From positions 1 through 42,019 of IMG/VR virus record IMGVR_UViG_3300045135_001852: a stretch of 42,019 nt of DNA; one strand, given 5' to 3'. The notes beneath the pieces are model-generated. The model was not told where the DNA came from, did not search any database, and saw only the letters and a list, made by a program, of their open reading frames with translations. A program made the position numbers and the translations under genes. Shown here piece after piece: positions 19,864 to 28,756 of the stretch. Numbering within the stretch: the first letter of the stretch is position 1; every line of letters begins with the position of its first letter. The stretch comes from a virus (lineage: Duplodnaviria; Caudoviricetes).

Positions 19864-20532
19864 TCAATAATCCTTTATCATTGTGGTGATTCCTCTATAA
19901 ACCATTTCGGGTTCCGACTTTGCTGATACAATATATTTAAAGCAAGGTATTCCTTTATCATTTAACTTTCTCATACCGTATTTGAATGGTTCAAAAATTT
20001 CATGTTTATCAATATCTTGTCCTTCTGCTAATGGATATTTCTTTCCCCAAATATCATATTTATTGGCCCAAATACCTACTGCCATTGGATAATCTGAGTC
20101 TCTTTTCTTTTTACCATTAGACCATGTGTTTGAAATAACTGTATCCACTAAAAATTTCCATGCTAATTGGTGGTCTAAATTTGCTTCACTATCTAAATGT
20201 CGGTGGTCTATCATAAATATTAGATATTTAACACGGCGGTCTTTCATGTCCTTTTCCCATTCTTTCCAATAAATTGCTTCTCCACCAATATCTGCGCTTC
20301 TTACTGTGTGTGAATTTCCATCAATTTTAATGTTTTTTCTTGATGCTCTATGCAAACCAACTGTTCTTTCATTAATTTGCGGCACTTCTCCTCTTGTTCT
20401 TAATTGATGACTAAGCGTTGTTTTGCCAACCATTGTTGCTCCATAAACCCCAAAGTTAATTGCGTGAACTTTTTTGTAAAATCCTATGATTGCTTCACCG
20501 ACTAAAATAGCAAAACCTGTCATTAAGGACAT
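19864..20532 (-). CDS. Ras-superfamily small GTPase, Arf/Sar-like (222 aa)
   Basis: All five G boxes in order: G1 GATMVGKT, G2 RTVG, G3 DIGG, G4 NKYD, G5 SAK. Hydrophobic N-terminal helix; RBS AGGTGG. Confidence 0.9.
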   Translation of the reverse strand: MSLMTGFAILVGEAIIGFYKKVHAINFGVYGATMVGKTTLSHQLRTRGEVPQINERTVGLHRASRKNIKIDGNSHTVRSADIGGEAIYWKEWEKDMKDRRVKYLIFMIDHRHLDSEANLDHQLAWKFLVDTVISNTWSNGKKKRDSDYPMAVGIWANKYDIWGKKYPLAEGQDIDKHEIFEPFKYGMRKLNDKGIPCFKYIVSAKSEPEMVYRGITTMIKDY

Positions 20533-20544
20533 TCATTCAACCAC

Positions 20545-21096
20545 CTAAAAATATTTATTTAACATATGTTCAAAATGTATTTTTGCTTCTTTAAACGACA
20601 CTCTAGCCGAACTCATGATTGCTTCTTCTTCATCATAAGATAATTCATACCTGCCTTCAATTTCTGCTATTAAATTCTCTAGTATTTGTTCTGCTAACTC
20701 TTTAACTCTTGAATCGGGCAAATATTTAAAATCAAAATTATCAGTTGCTATTCCTCTTGGAGTTACTACATCATCCTGTAGGGAAGTTTGGGCGGGCGAA
20801 CCGTATTCGTCATCATATTCTAGTAATTTTTTTTCTTTTGTCATCAAAGCCTGTTTTATCATGGGTTTAGCGACATCTTTAGTTTTTCCTGTATGTGAAC
20901 CTAAAAAGGCATAAACTAATGCTTCTGTCAATTTCGGAGTCCAATATCCTGTATCTTCCTCTCCTTGAGAACCTTGATATAATCTATTAAATTTCCATGA
21001 CTGTTTAGGAAAATTAGAATAGCCAGTATGAGTCAATCTGGGTTTATTTGCATCTGTTTCAATAATATATGGTTTCTTCAAAATATTCCACCACAT
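20545..21096 (-). CDS. Tagged accessory protein (MWWNILK), possible ADP-ribosyltransferase-like domain
   Basis: N-terminal tag; RLYQGS...GYWTPKLTEALVYA resembles the ART strand-1 / Y-x-T...A..YA pattern. Confidence 0.5.
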   Translation of the reverse strand: MWWNILKKPYIIETDANKPRLTHTGYSNFPKQSWKFNRLYQGSQGEEDTGYWTPKLTEALVYAFLGSHTGKTKDVAKPMIKQALMTKEKKLLEYDDEYGSPAQTSLQDDVVTPRGIATDNFDFKYLPDSRVKELAEQILENLIAEIEGRYELSYDEEEAIMSSARVSFKEAKIHFEHMLNKYF

Positions 21097-21097
21097 A

Positions 21098-21316
21098 TCA
21101 ATGCCCCCACCCGTTTAACAAAGTGTCAAACAGGAAACCCATGATGTTAATATCAAAAACACCAAGAATGTTTCCAACAAGGAAACCTGCGAGTCCAGCA
21201 CAAGAACCCCAAAACCATGCTCTCATTTTCAAAAAGAAAATGTCAGCAGAATGCGCTCTTTGTTGATTATAGGCATAATCCGAATCGGAAAAGCCCATTA
21301 AGTCGCCAAACACCAT
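21098..21316 (-). CDS. Small membrane protein (72 aa)
   Basis: Gly-rich hydrophobic segment WFWGSCAGLAGFLVGNILGVF; RBS AGGTGG. Confidence 0.7.
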   Translation of the reverse strand: MVFGDLMGFSDSDYAYNQQRAHSADIFFLKMRAWFWGSCAGLAGFLVGNILGVFDINIMGFLFDTLLNGWGH

Positions 21317-21326
21317 TTAACCACCT

Positions 21327-21716
21327 TCATTGTAGTGTGGCTAAAAATTCACTCCCGACAGTATTTTCTTCTGCTTCAACGGTTTGTGTGTATGTGAAAG
21401 GAGAGACTTGGAATTGCTTTGCGCTTTCTCGCATCTTTTGGCGTTGTTGTTCATCCCTCGCCTTTCTCTCCCAAAATGCTGCAATTTTCCTATCAAGTAG
21501 CCACATCTCAATTTTATCATTAAGGGATAAGTCAAATAGAGCCTTAACAACCATAATTGCACCAATAGTGCCTAAACCGAATAAAACAGCGTGAGCAAAC
21601 GGCCCATAAGGGAAACTTAAACCAATCATGGCATAAGTATATACATTTGCTCCACTTAATGCACCAACAAACAAAATCGTCATAATTAGACGAGTATCTT
21701 GATTCAAAGCCGCCAT
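21327..21716 (-). CDS. Two-TM membrane protein with charged C-terminal tail (129 aa), holin-like architecture
   Basis: Hydrophobic segments LIMTILFVGALSGANVYTYAMIGL and AVLFGLGTIGAIMVV; RBS GAGGTGA. Confidence 0.7.
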   Translation of the reverse strand: MAALNQDTRLIMTILFVGALSGANVYTYAMIGLSFPYGPFAHAVLFGLGTIGAIMVVKALFDLSLNDKIEMWLLDRKIAAFWERKARDEQQRQKMRESAKQFQVSPFTYTQTVEAEENTVGSEFLATLQ

Positions 21717-21725
21717 TTTATCACC

Positions 21726-22049
21726 TCAAGCAAACTCAACCGAAACTGCGGCACTTTCACCTGTTCCCGAAGAAATACTCAAGTATAGACCATTTGATGC
21801 TAAAACACCATGCATATCAAATTCAATAATAGCAGGAGCATCTTGTGCGGCAGGGTCGGGAGGGTCTTGTGGTTTTGCTACAATCAAGCGAGCCAATTCC
21901 TTTCCGCTTGCGGCGGAAGCATTGTCAAAAACCTTCACAGTTGTCGGAGCAGTCCCCGTCAAAACAGCATGAATTGAAACCAATCTGCATTGGCCCGAAA
22001 ATACTGCGGTGCTTGATGTTTGGACTCCACTTGAACGGCATTGAGACAT
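21726..22049 (-). CDS. Small beta-rich virion protein (107 aa), possible capsid decoration/spike
   Basis: Pattern RLVSIH...VKVFDNASAASG...GVLASNGLYLSI is typical of small jelly-roll virion proteins; near the MCP. Confidence 0.45.
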   Translation of the reverse strand: MSQCRSSGVQTSSTAVFSGQCRLVSIHAVLTGTAPTTVKVFDNASAASGKELARLIVAKPQDPPDPAAQDAPAIIEFDMHGVLASNGLYLSISSGTGESAAVSVEFA

Positions 22050-22101
22050 AGTAACAACCTCTTCAATAGACCGATTTGGGCGGCACTATTTAGGCTTTCC
22101 C

Positions 22102-22419
22102 CTACTCTTTGAGAGCAGAAGAGGCCTTCTTAGTGGTCTTTGTGGTTCTTTTTACTTTTGGGAGCAAAAGACCGCAAAGAGCCTTTGTATCGGGCAAATC
22201 CTCGCCTAGTTGCTTTCGCAGAATAACCAATTGTTTATCGGTTGTTTCTGTTAATCCAGCCCTATCGCTTTCTTGGAAAGTGAACATGAGGTTTCTGTCA
22301 CCAATTTTAGCAACAGCCCACCATGTTTTAACCTCTAACTCGCCGTTTCTTCGGAGTAATCCAAAGGGTGTTTGTAATCTGCCGATATTTGCTGTATCGG
22401 AAAACTTGACTAACGCCAA
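22102..22419 (-). CDS. Hypothetical protein (105 aa)
   Basis: TTG start with GAGGTG RBS; basic C-terminal tail. Confidence 0.65.
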   Translation of the reverse strand: MALVKFSDTANIGRLQTPFGLLRRNGELEVKTWWAVAKIGDRNLMFTFQESDRAGLTETTDKQLVILRKQLGEDLPDTKALCGLLLPKVKRTTKTTKKASSALKE

Positions 22420-22428
22420 ATTAACACC

Positions 22429-22767
22429 TCAAAGGTTCCCATACACACGAACCCGCACAGTTCCTTCATTTGCTGTTCCTGTTTGTTCGGAAGCACCGAC
22501 ATTCAGCAACAGTTTGAAACTGCTTGAGGATTCATAAGCACCCGTTACAGCAGTAGCAACTGCTTGAGCAGAATGAGTTTCCTCTTCAACTCCAGTAACA
22601 AATGCGGCAGTAATCGTGGCTAAACCCAAAGAGGCGGCAGTAACAGTAATTCCGTTTTGAACATATGCAGTAATATCAATTGCTGCATCAACAAAGTATT
22701 CGTCACCACTCACTCTTGGAGCAGTAAAGCCCTTATGGTCTTCAATAATTGTAACTGTATGTGCCAA
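22429..22767 (-). CDS. Putative minor capsid / decoration protein (112 aa)
   Basis: Immediately after the MCP, A/T/V-rich, ends VRVRVYG; TTG start with GAGGTG RBS. Confidence 0.55.
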   Translation of the reverse strand: MAHTVTIIEDHKGFTAPRVSGDEYFVDAAIDITAYVQNGITVTAASLGLATITAAFVTGVEEETHSAQAVATAVTGAYESSSSFKLLLNVGASEQTGTANEGTVRVRVYGNL

Positions 22768-22777
22768 TTAAAACACC

Positions 22778-24112
22778 TCACGAAAGGTTGGTAATCTTGC
22801 CTTGACCCTTGAAGTAAGAACAACCCATCTCAGCAATTGTGCGATACAATGCTCTGTTTCCGAGTTGTCCCACACCGAATGGGTTTCCGTTAGAAATACC
22901 GTCTTCAAAGTATTGGGTAGGCTTCATGACAGCGAGCCAAAGATGGTCAGTATCAAGTAGCAACATATCCGAAATGGTTCCCGAATCAGCCGAAGTGCTT
23001 TGCATTTGAGCAACAGGAATCAAAGGAATATCGTAGTAGGTAGCCACACGGAAACCAACTTCTGCACCCTTAACACCACGAACACCGTTCACAGTTGGCA
23101 CAATTTCCTTTCTATCCATAAATCGCTCTTGACTCTGTAAGAGGTCAGAAAGCGTTTGAAGGGTATCATATCCAGTTAGAATGACCTTTGGAGAACCACC
23201 GTTCTGTCGCAATTCACGGAGAGTAGCGTTAAGAATACTCAAAGTGAATGGGCGAGAACCACCCGAAGCGTAACTGTCAGCACCATTAACGACACAATCA
23301 AGGAAAGAAGCATCATCACGGTTTGTTCCGTAAATGTGGTATGCTTCCGAAATGTCGTTGGTAATAGACGAAACAGGGAAGTTATCGCTGTCCATTTGGT
23401 CTAATTCAGCGTTAGACGAAATAATCTTGTAAAGCGAGGTGTAGTTTCGCTCAATATCTGCGGCGGCGTTGGTTTTATCTGCTTGAAGGTATGCTTCAAG
23501 AGGTGCGAGCATCATAAGGTTTTGAGCCTCTGCATGGTGCTTACCCATATCTTCTCGCATTTGCGCTCTAATGTCACCAATTCCATCGTCAATTTGAGCC
23601 ATTTCCATAGCCAATTCGCTGAAATCAAACTGATGAGCGACGGTTTTTGGACTCATAAAGAGCGTTGAGTATTCGGGAGCAATAGCGATTAAGCCATCAC
23701 CCGAAGTTGAAAGTGATGCATTTTCAGGCACACCACCAATATGGTCAAGGCGTGGAGCATCAGTTCCAGCCAAATCCGTTCCCGTTTGGGTGAAAGAGTG
23801 AGTGTTGCCCGTTCCACCAGCAGGTCTCTTTGAAAGGACTCTCCAACCGCTTGAAGTGTATGGTCTCTTTGCCATAACAGAAAGTGCATTCACTTCACGG
23901 TTAAGCATAGACCAAACTTTTTGTCCATAAAGGACATTGTAAAGATTTCCTGCAATTCCAGTTGTTGGGGAGGTTTGGGTTGCGGCATCATGACCACCAT
24001 GAATACCACTAACGGCCCCTGCCGTCTTCAAGAGCATGTTGTTTGCTCCATTGAAGTTTAATCCGTATGTTTGTGCTTCTAAGTCTGCAATAGTGTTAAT
24101 ATATCCTACCAT
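22778..24112 (-). CDS. Major capsid protein, HK97 fold (444 aa)
   Basis: Follows protease/scaffold; size and motif order fit HK97-type capsids (GGVPEN, PKTVAHQFDFSE, GGSPKVILTG, VATYYDIPLIP, MLLLDTDHL); RBS GAGGTGA. Confidence 0.85.
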   Translation of the reverse strand: MVGYINTIADLEAQTYGLNFNGANNMLLKTAGAVSGIHGGHDAATQTSPTTGIAGNLYNVLYGQKVWSMLNREVNALSVMAKRPYTSSGWRVLSKRPAGGTGNTHSFTQTGTDLAGTDAPRLDHIGGVPENASLSTSGDGLIAIAPEYSTLFMSPKTVAHQFDFSELAMEMAQIDDGIGDIRAQMREDMGKHHAEAQNLMMLAPLEAYLQADKTNAAADIERNYTSLYKIISSNAELDQMDSDNFPVSSITNDISEAYHIYGTNRDDASFLDCVVNGADSYASGGSRPFTLSILNATLRELRQNGGSPKVILTGYDTLQTLSDLLQSQERFMDRKEIVPTVNGVRGVKGAEVGFRVATYYDIPLIPVAQMQSTSADSGTISDMLLLDTDHLWLAVMKPTQYFEDGISNGNPFGVGQLGNRALYRTIAEMGCSYFKGQGKITNLS

Positions 24113-24121
24113 GTTATCACC

Positions 24122-25312
24122 TCAAAGGTTTCCTCCGTAAGCCATCTTATGGATTTCATTCCAGTCCATTTCGGCTAATTCATCCATAGATGGGAGTGTA
24201 ATTGTGGCTTCTTCTTGAGCCTTTAGGATTTGCTCCTTTTCGCTGGTCAAGGACTTGCGAAGAGCAGTAAATTCATCCTTAAGAGAAGCAATCTCGGAAG
24301 CCGCATCATATTGCGACTTTGCGAGAACATCTTCTCGGTTGTTCTTTTCAGCCGCAAAGCGGGCCTCAAATTGCTTTTGGAGGTTGTCGTAAGCCAACTT
24401 CTCAAGTTGTTCTTGACGGAAAGCCTCGTAAGCCTTCTCAATGTTACCAACACTCAAGTCAAGAGTTTCTAATTCCGTGTTTTCAAAGGCCTTGACAACA
24501 GGCATATCGCTTGCTCTTGGCTTTCCGTTATCAATAACGATTCGGTCAGCAGGTTCACCAATTTCAACGCCAGCACCATCAAGAGTGGAAACATAGGCCT
24601 TTGCCTCTCTATCCATTTCTTCGGTGTCCATCGCTTCTAATTCATCATCTGCGCTTTCCATCATGTCATCGCCTTTTTCATAATCCAACTTTTCGGACAT
24701 GTCTTCTTCCTCTTTTCGGAGAGTATTGACTTCATTCATCAATGCGTCTAACTCTTCCAATGCTTTTTCCAGTTTGCTCATATTTTTCACCTTTTGGTTT
24801 TCTTGCTTTAAAATGTCAAATTTTGCTTCGGGGTTAATTCCTTTTTCACAAATAGTGACTTCATGTAGTTCAAGTTTGCTAATTTCATTATATTGACCTA
24901 ATTCGGGATGGCTTTTCTTTACTTTATGAATTGCTTGCCCTCCAATACTAAATGACCTTAGCGAACCTTTTCTAATTCCTCTATTGATTTCCTTTGCTTT
25001 TTCAATATCATCTCTTAATTTGATTACCACAAAGAATCCGACATCATCAACTTCTGTTTTCCATAACTTTCCGTTTTTGTCTCGGTATGATTTTACAACT
25101 TCTCCTACTTGAACATTTGAATGATTTGTCATTACATTTCTAAACTTTGGATTCTCCATGTATTTTTCAACTGCTTCGTTTAATGCTTTGAGTGTGATTA
25201 AATCATTTTGTTTATCCACGATTTCAATACTTGCATATCCACCAATCATTAGGTCATCGCTTTTTAGAATCCGAAAATCATGTTGTGTATCTCTCTTGAG
25301 TAGGAGGGACAT
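24122..25312 (-). CDS. Prohead (maturation) protease fused to scaffold domain
   Basis: HK97/U35-type motifs IGGYASIEIVDKQNDLI, catalytic H (TNHS), S (SFSIGG) and LHEVTIC..GINPEA, followed by an acidic coiled-coil scaffold. Confidence 0.9.
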   Translation of the reverse strand: MSLLLKRDTQHDFRILKSDDLMIGGYASIEIVDKQNDLITLKALNEAVEKYMENPKFRNVMTNHSNVQVGEVVKSYRDKNGKLWKTEVDDVGFFVVIKLRDDIEKAKEINRGIRKGSLRSFSIGGQAIHKVKKSHPELGQYNEISKLELHEVTICEKGINPEAKFDILKQENQKVKNMSKLEKALEELDALMNEVNTLRKEEEDMSEKLDYEKGDDMMESADDELEAMDTEEMDREAKAYVSTLDGAGVEIGEPADRIVIDNGKPRASDMPVVKAFENTELETLDLSVGNIEKAYEAFRQEQLEKLAYDNLQKQFEARFAAEKNNREDVLAKSQYDAASEIASLKDEFTALRKSLTSEKEQILKAQEEATITLPSMDELAEMDWNEIHKMAYGGNL

Positions 25313-25341
25313 TTCCAACAACCTCTTCTTACATCAACTGG

Positions 25342-25357
25342 TATATAAAGAACATGC
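25342..25357 (-). promoter_or_regulatory. Archaeal-type TATA box (TTTATATA) preceded by GCATGTTC; probable late promoter for protease/capsid genes
   Basis: Intergenic minus-strand GCATGTTCTTTATATACC about 30 nt before the ATG. Confidence 0.55.
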
Positions 25358-27877
25358 TTATCTCGGTATTTTTTGGTTAGAATATTTGTCCTCAGCAATA
25401 TTCCATAACCCTTTATCACCTTCAATATCTGCTGGTTTTTGCTCGTAACCAGTCCAAGCCAACCACATTTTTTGCCCCCCTACAGGAAGATAGCGAACAT
25501 GAAATTTCGTTTCAAACTTGTTCCCTTCTAAGAAATATTCATGGTAGCCATCCCTTTGGATTCCAAGTTTTACAGTCCCGCTATCAACGACCTTTTCTTT
25601 GTCTATATTTTGGGCTACTTCTGCTGGATATTTTCCCGCCGCCCCGAAGAGGTCAAACATTTCTTCTTCATCCTGAATATCAATTAGCCAATTAATGCTT
25701 TCATCACCGAGTCTCATCACCATATTCAAATTATTATCTTTTCTTAAATATAGTTTAAATTTACCTTTTTGGTATTTTTCAGGTGTTTTGTATTCTGCTT
25801 TCAAAATAGCACTACCATACAACTTGTTATCCTTGAAATCAATATGTTCTCTTTGGTTAGCCCATTCTTTTAGTCCCTGTAACCCACCATCAACAACATC
25901 ACCATACAGGTCTTTATGTTTTGCAGTCAAAAAATTATGAACTTCTTTTACAGTTTTTGGCCCATTATCTTGAAGATAGTTGGTAATAGCGGTGGTTAGT
26001 GTTCCCGCCTTTGTTTTCATAATGTCTTCTGCTTGAGAATACCAATCTTCTAAATTAATGGAGGCATTTTTAGACATGAGATTATCTTCTTCAAAACCAT
26101 ACACAGTAAATCCAGACATATCCGATTTACAAATAATAGTTGCTGTTCCATGAATATGGTCGGTGATTGTTATTCCTTTCTTGAGACCCTCAACAGAATA
26201 ATTTAATGATTTCTTTGTGTCTTGAGCCAGTAATTCTAAGGTGACGATTTTATCGGGATATTCAACTTCAGGAACTTCAATAACCTTTGCAGAATAAAGA
26301 GTATATCTATCGCCAGCATTTTTAACTTCATCAACCTTGACACGAATAATTTCACCGACATCAACAGAAATTTTAGTATTGAGTGCTTTGCCTACATTCA
26401 TGTATTTGATACCATTCACTTCTTGAGTGAATTTGTTTTCTTCATCAACTGGGCCAACGCCTACGGTATAAGAATACAAATTACTCTTTGTTTTTTTCTT
26501 ATCAAGAACAATAACATCTAAATCAACAAACTTTTTCCACTTAATCCACTTAGGGTTCTTTTTTGTTCCGACATAGTATGTTGAAGTAGCATCCTTTATC
26601 ACGACTCCTTCCGATGTAGGCATTTCCATGATTTCTTTAGCATATTCTTCAATATCCTTTATGTTGTCTGCTTCTCTTGTGTCTTTCTTAGATGGAAATT
26701 TCAAAACATCTGCGGAATGCTGTGAGTAATTATTGAACATGATTGTCATTCTATCTTCTAACTCTGAATCCAAGAGGGTTTGATTTTCATGTCGCATAAT
26801 ATCAAAGACATGACACTTGAGGGTTGCTTTTGGATATTTATTTTTGAAGACATGAGCAATTGTATCGGCACGATGTAGGGATTCTTCTCCATCAAATAGA
26901 ATTAATTCTGCATCAAGAATGCAATCACCAAAATGCTTCGCTCTTAATTCTTCAACAATTTCTTTGCACTTTTCAGTAATAGGTTTTTTATTGTATGAGA
27001 AGATTTTGATATTGTTATCAATCTTATGCAGTTGGACTCTCATGCCGTCATACTTTTCTTGAACAAACCATTTGCCGCTAAATCCTTTTAATTCATTAAT
27101 GTCTTCTATGTCAAATATTCTATACATTGGTTTATTAGGGATAATAAAATCAGTTAAGGATTTTTCTTCTTCCGATTTTTTTTCCTTTTTAATTGACACA
27201 GACTTTTCTTCTTTTTCAGGTTCTAAACCCTCAATGTCCAATAATTCATTCAAGTCTTTTTCTTCGTGCCTTGAGAGCATAAGCAACTCTAACATTTCCA
27301 TAGCGGCTTTAACAGCCTTTTCAGTCCGTTTGGAGTCTTTTCCATCGCCGTAATGCTCAATAATATAGAGGGCTATGTCGTCAGGTTGTAGGTCAAGACC
27401 CTCTAAACCGAAGGTAAGGTCGTCTTCTTTCATGTCCTTAATTGCATAAATTTCCTTTGATAGAGGGTTTTTATCATTTCTTAGGGCATAATGAACAAAT
27501 TTAACCATTGATTCGGGGTTGCCTAACAACTCCTCCAAGACCTTTCCCTTGAATCTTTTAGCAAAAGGGTCGGAAACCATATCGGAAGAATATCGCAAGA
27601 GTTTAACTGCTTCATACAATTCTTTTGCTTTGATAGTGGTTGGGTCTTTGGTGTCTGTATTTTCAAGAAGGTCTTCGGGAATGAAGTCTTTCATTTCGTT
27701 GCTGGCGGCATCTGTATCGTTATAGGAATCAGTAACCATCTCAACGGCTTTTCTCCAACGACCGCCATATTCTTTTGGGTCATTGGCGGCAGAAAGGTAA
27801 GCCACTCTCGTTTTCTCAAACAAGCGAAGAATTTCTTCCGAAGGACGCTTATCCTTCTCAATGTCTGAGAGGCGCAT
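25358..27877 (-). CDS. lig: ATP-dependent DNA ligase with N- and C-terminal extensions (839 aa)
   Basis: Motif I EKYDGMR, III LDAEL, IIIa VFDIM, IV EGVVIK, V WIKWK, followed by an OB domain. Confidence 0.9.
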   Translation of the reverse strand: MRLSDIEKDKRPSEEILRLFEKTRVAYLSAANDPKEYGGRWRKAVEMVTDSYNDTDAASNEMKDFIPEDLLENTDTKDPTTIKAKELYEAVKLLRYSSDMVSDPFAKRFKGKVLEELLGNPESMVKFVHYALRNDKNPLSKEIYAIKDMKEDDLTFGLEGLDLQPDDIALYIIEHYGDGKDSKRTEKAVKAAMEMLELLMLSRHEEKDLNELLDIEGLEPEKEEKSVSIKKEKKSEEEKSLTDFIIPNKPMYRIFDIEDINELKGFSGKWFVQEKYDGMRVQLHKIDNNIKIFSYNKKPITEKCKEIVEELRAKHFGDCILDAELILFDGEESLHRADTIAHVFKNKYPKATLKCHVFDIMRHENQTLLDSELEDRMTIMFNNYSQHSADVLKFPSKKDTREADNIKDIEEYAKEIMEMPTSEGVVIKDATSTYYVGTKKNPKWIKWKKFVDLDVIVLDKKKTKSNLYSYTVGVGPVDEENKFTQEVNGIKYMNVGKALNTKISVDVGEIIRVKVDEVKNAGDRYTLYSAKVIEVPEVEYPDKIVTLELLAQDTKKSLNYSVEGLKKGITITDHIHGTATIICKSDMSGFTVYGFEEDNLMSKNASINLEDWYSQAEDIMKTKAGTLTTAITNYLQDNGPKTVKEVHNFLTAKHKDLYGDVVDGGLQGLKEWANQREHIDFKDNKLYGSAILKAEYKTPEKYQKGKFKLYLRKDNNLNMVMRLGDESINWLIDIQDEEEMFDLFGAAGKYPAEVAQNIDKEKVVDSGTVKLGIQRDGYHEYFLEGNKFETKFHVRYLPVGGQKMWLAWTGYEQKPADIEGDKGLWNIAEDKYSNQKIPR

Positions 27878-27890
27878 TTAACACACCTCA

Positions 27891-28514
27891 TCAACGACGA
27901 CGATTTATTCTGGCTATGTTTCCACTAATTTTAACGATGAAATTGTCGTTTAATTTTCTACTTAGTCGCATTTCAATATAATTTTCAAGTCTATATTTTA
28001 GGAGAAATTCTGCTCTTTTTACATTCTCTTCATCAACTCTTAGATTTGACCTTTTTGCTCTTAAATATAAATTTGCCACTCTTCTTGAGTCTTCCCACCT
28101 TTCTTTAAGTTCACTTATATCCATTTCCATTTTACCATACAAGTCATCCATCATTCTTGCATCTAAATCACTTGATGTTCCAGCAGAAGTCATTTTATTA
28201 GATAATTTCTCAAAAGACCTATCAAATGCACTATTAATCATATCCATTTGCTGTTTCATTGGGCGCATAGATTTCTTAAACTGCGTTGTTTCACCAGCCA
28301 AACCATATCCCGAATGAGTCCCAGTATTATTCTCAATCTTGGTCTTATCCTTCTCGGCCTTTGGTCTCTTGGTCTTGACCTGCTCCATTCTGTCATCCTT
28401 TTCATCGGGCAAACGGTTTCCTTCCATAGATTCACGAAGTAATTCCTTTGCTTCTCTTGCCTTTTCAATCGTCAATGAAATGACTCTTTCTTCTTTACTT
28501 ACTCTTTCAGGCAT
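27891..28514 (-). CDS. Hypothetical head-module protein (207 aa)
   Basis: Charged helical ORF; AGGTGG RBS; coupled to the upstream gene. Confidence 0.7.
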   Translation of the reverse strand: MPERVSKEERVISLTIEKAREAKELLRESMEGNRLPDEKDDRMEQVKTKRPKAEKDKTKIENNTGTHSGYGLAGETTQFKKSMRPMKQQMDMINSAFDRSFEKLSNKMTSAGTSSDLDARMMDDLYGKMEMDISELKERWEDSRRVANLYLRAKRSNLRVDEENVKRAEFLLKYRLENYIEMRLSRKLNDNFIVKISGNIARINRRR

Positions 28515-28756
28515 TATTGTCCACCTACCTTTTCAACCATTTTATGAATATCCGACCAGTCCATTGAATTGACATCAACCCCTACCGAGGCTCCAATGCT
28601 GTCAATCATAGGAGTAGGAGTTTCAGCAACAACAAAGCCCGACTTCATCAATAAGTTATCCTTATTATATACTGCTCTTTCAAGGGTTTCAATCTTTTCA
28701 GATAGAGCCTTGATAATTTCCAGCATTTCTTGATTGATTGTCTTTTCTTCGCTCAT
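28514..28756 (-). CDS. Small scaffold-like protein (80 aa)
   Basis: Coiled-coil N-terminus; C-terminal MDWSDIHKM matches the scaffold C-terminus MDWNEIHKM. Confidence 0.65.
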   Translation of the reverse strand: MSEEKTINQEMLEIIKALSEKIETLERAVYNKDNLLMKSGFVVAETPTPMIDSIGASVGVDVNSMDWSDIHKMVEKVGGQ

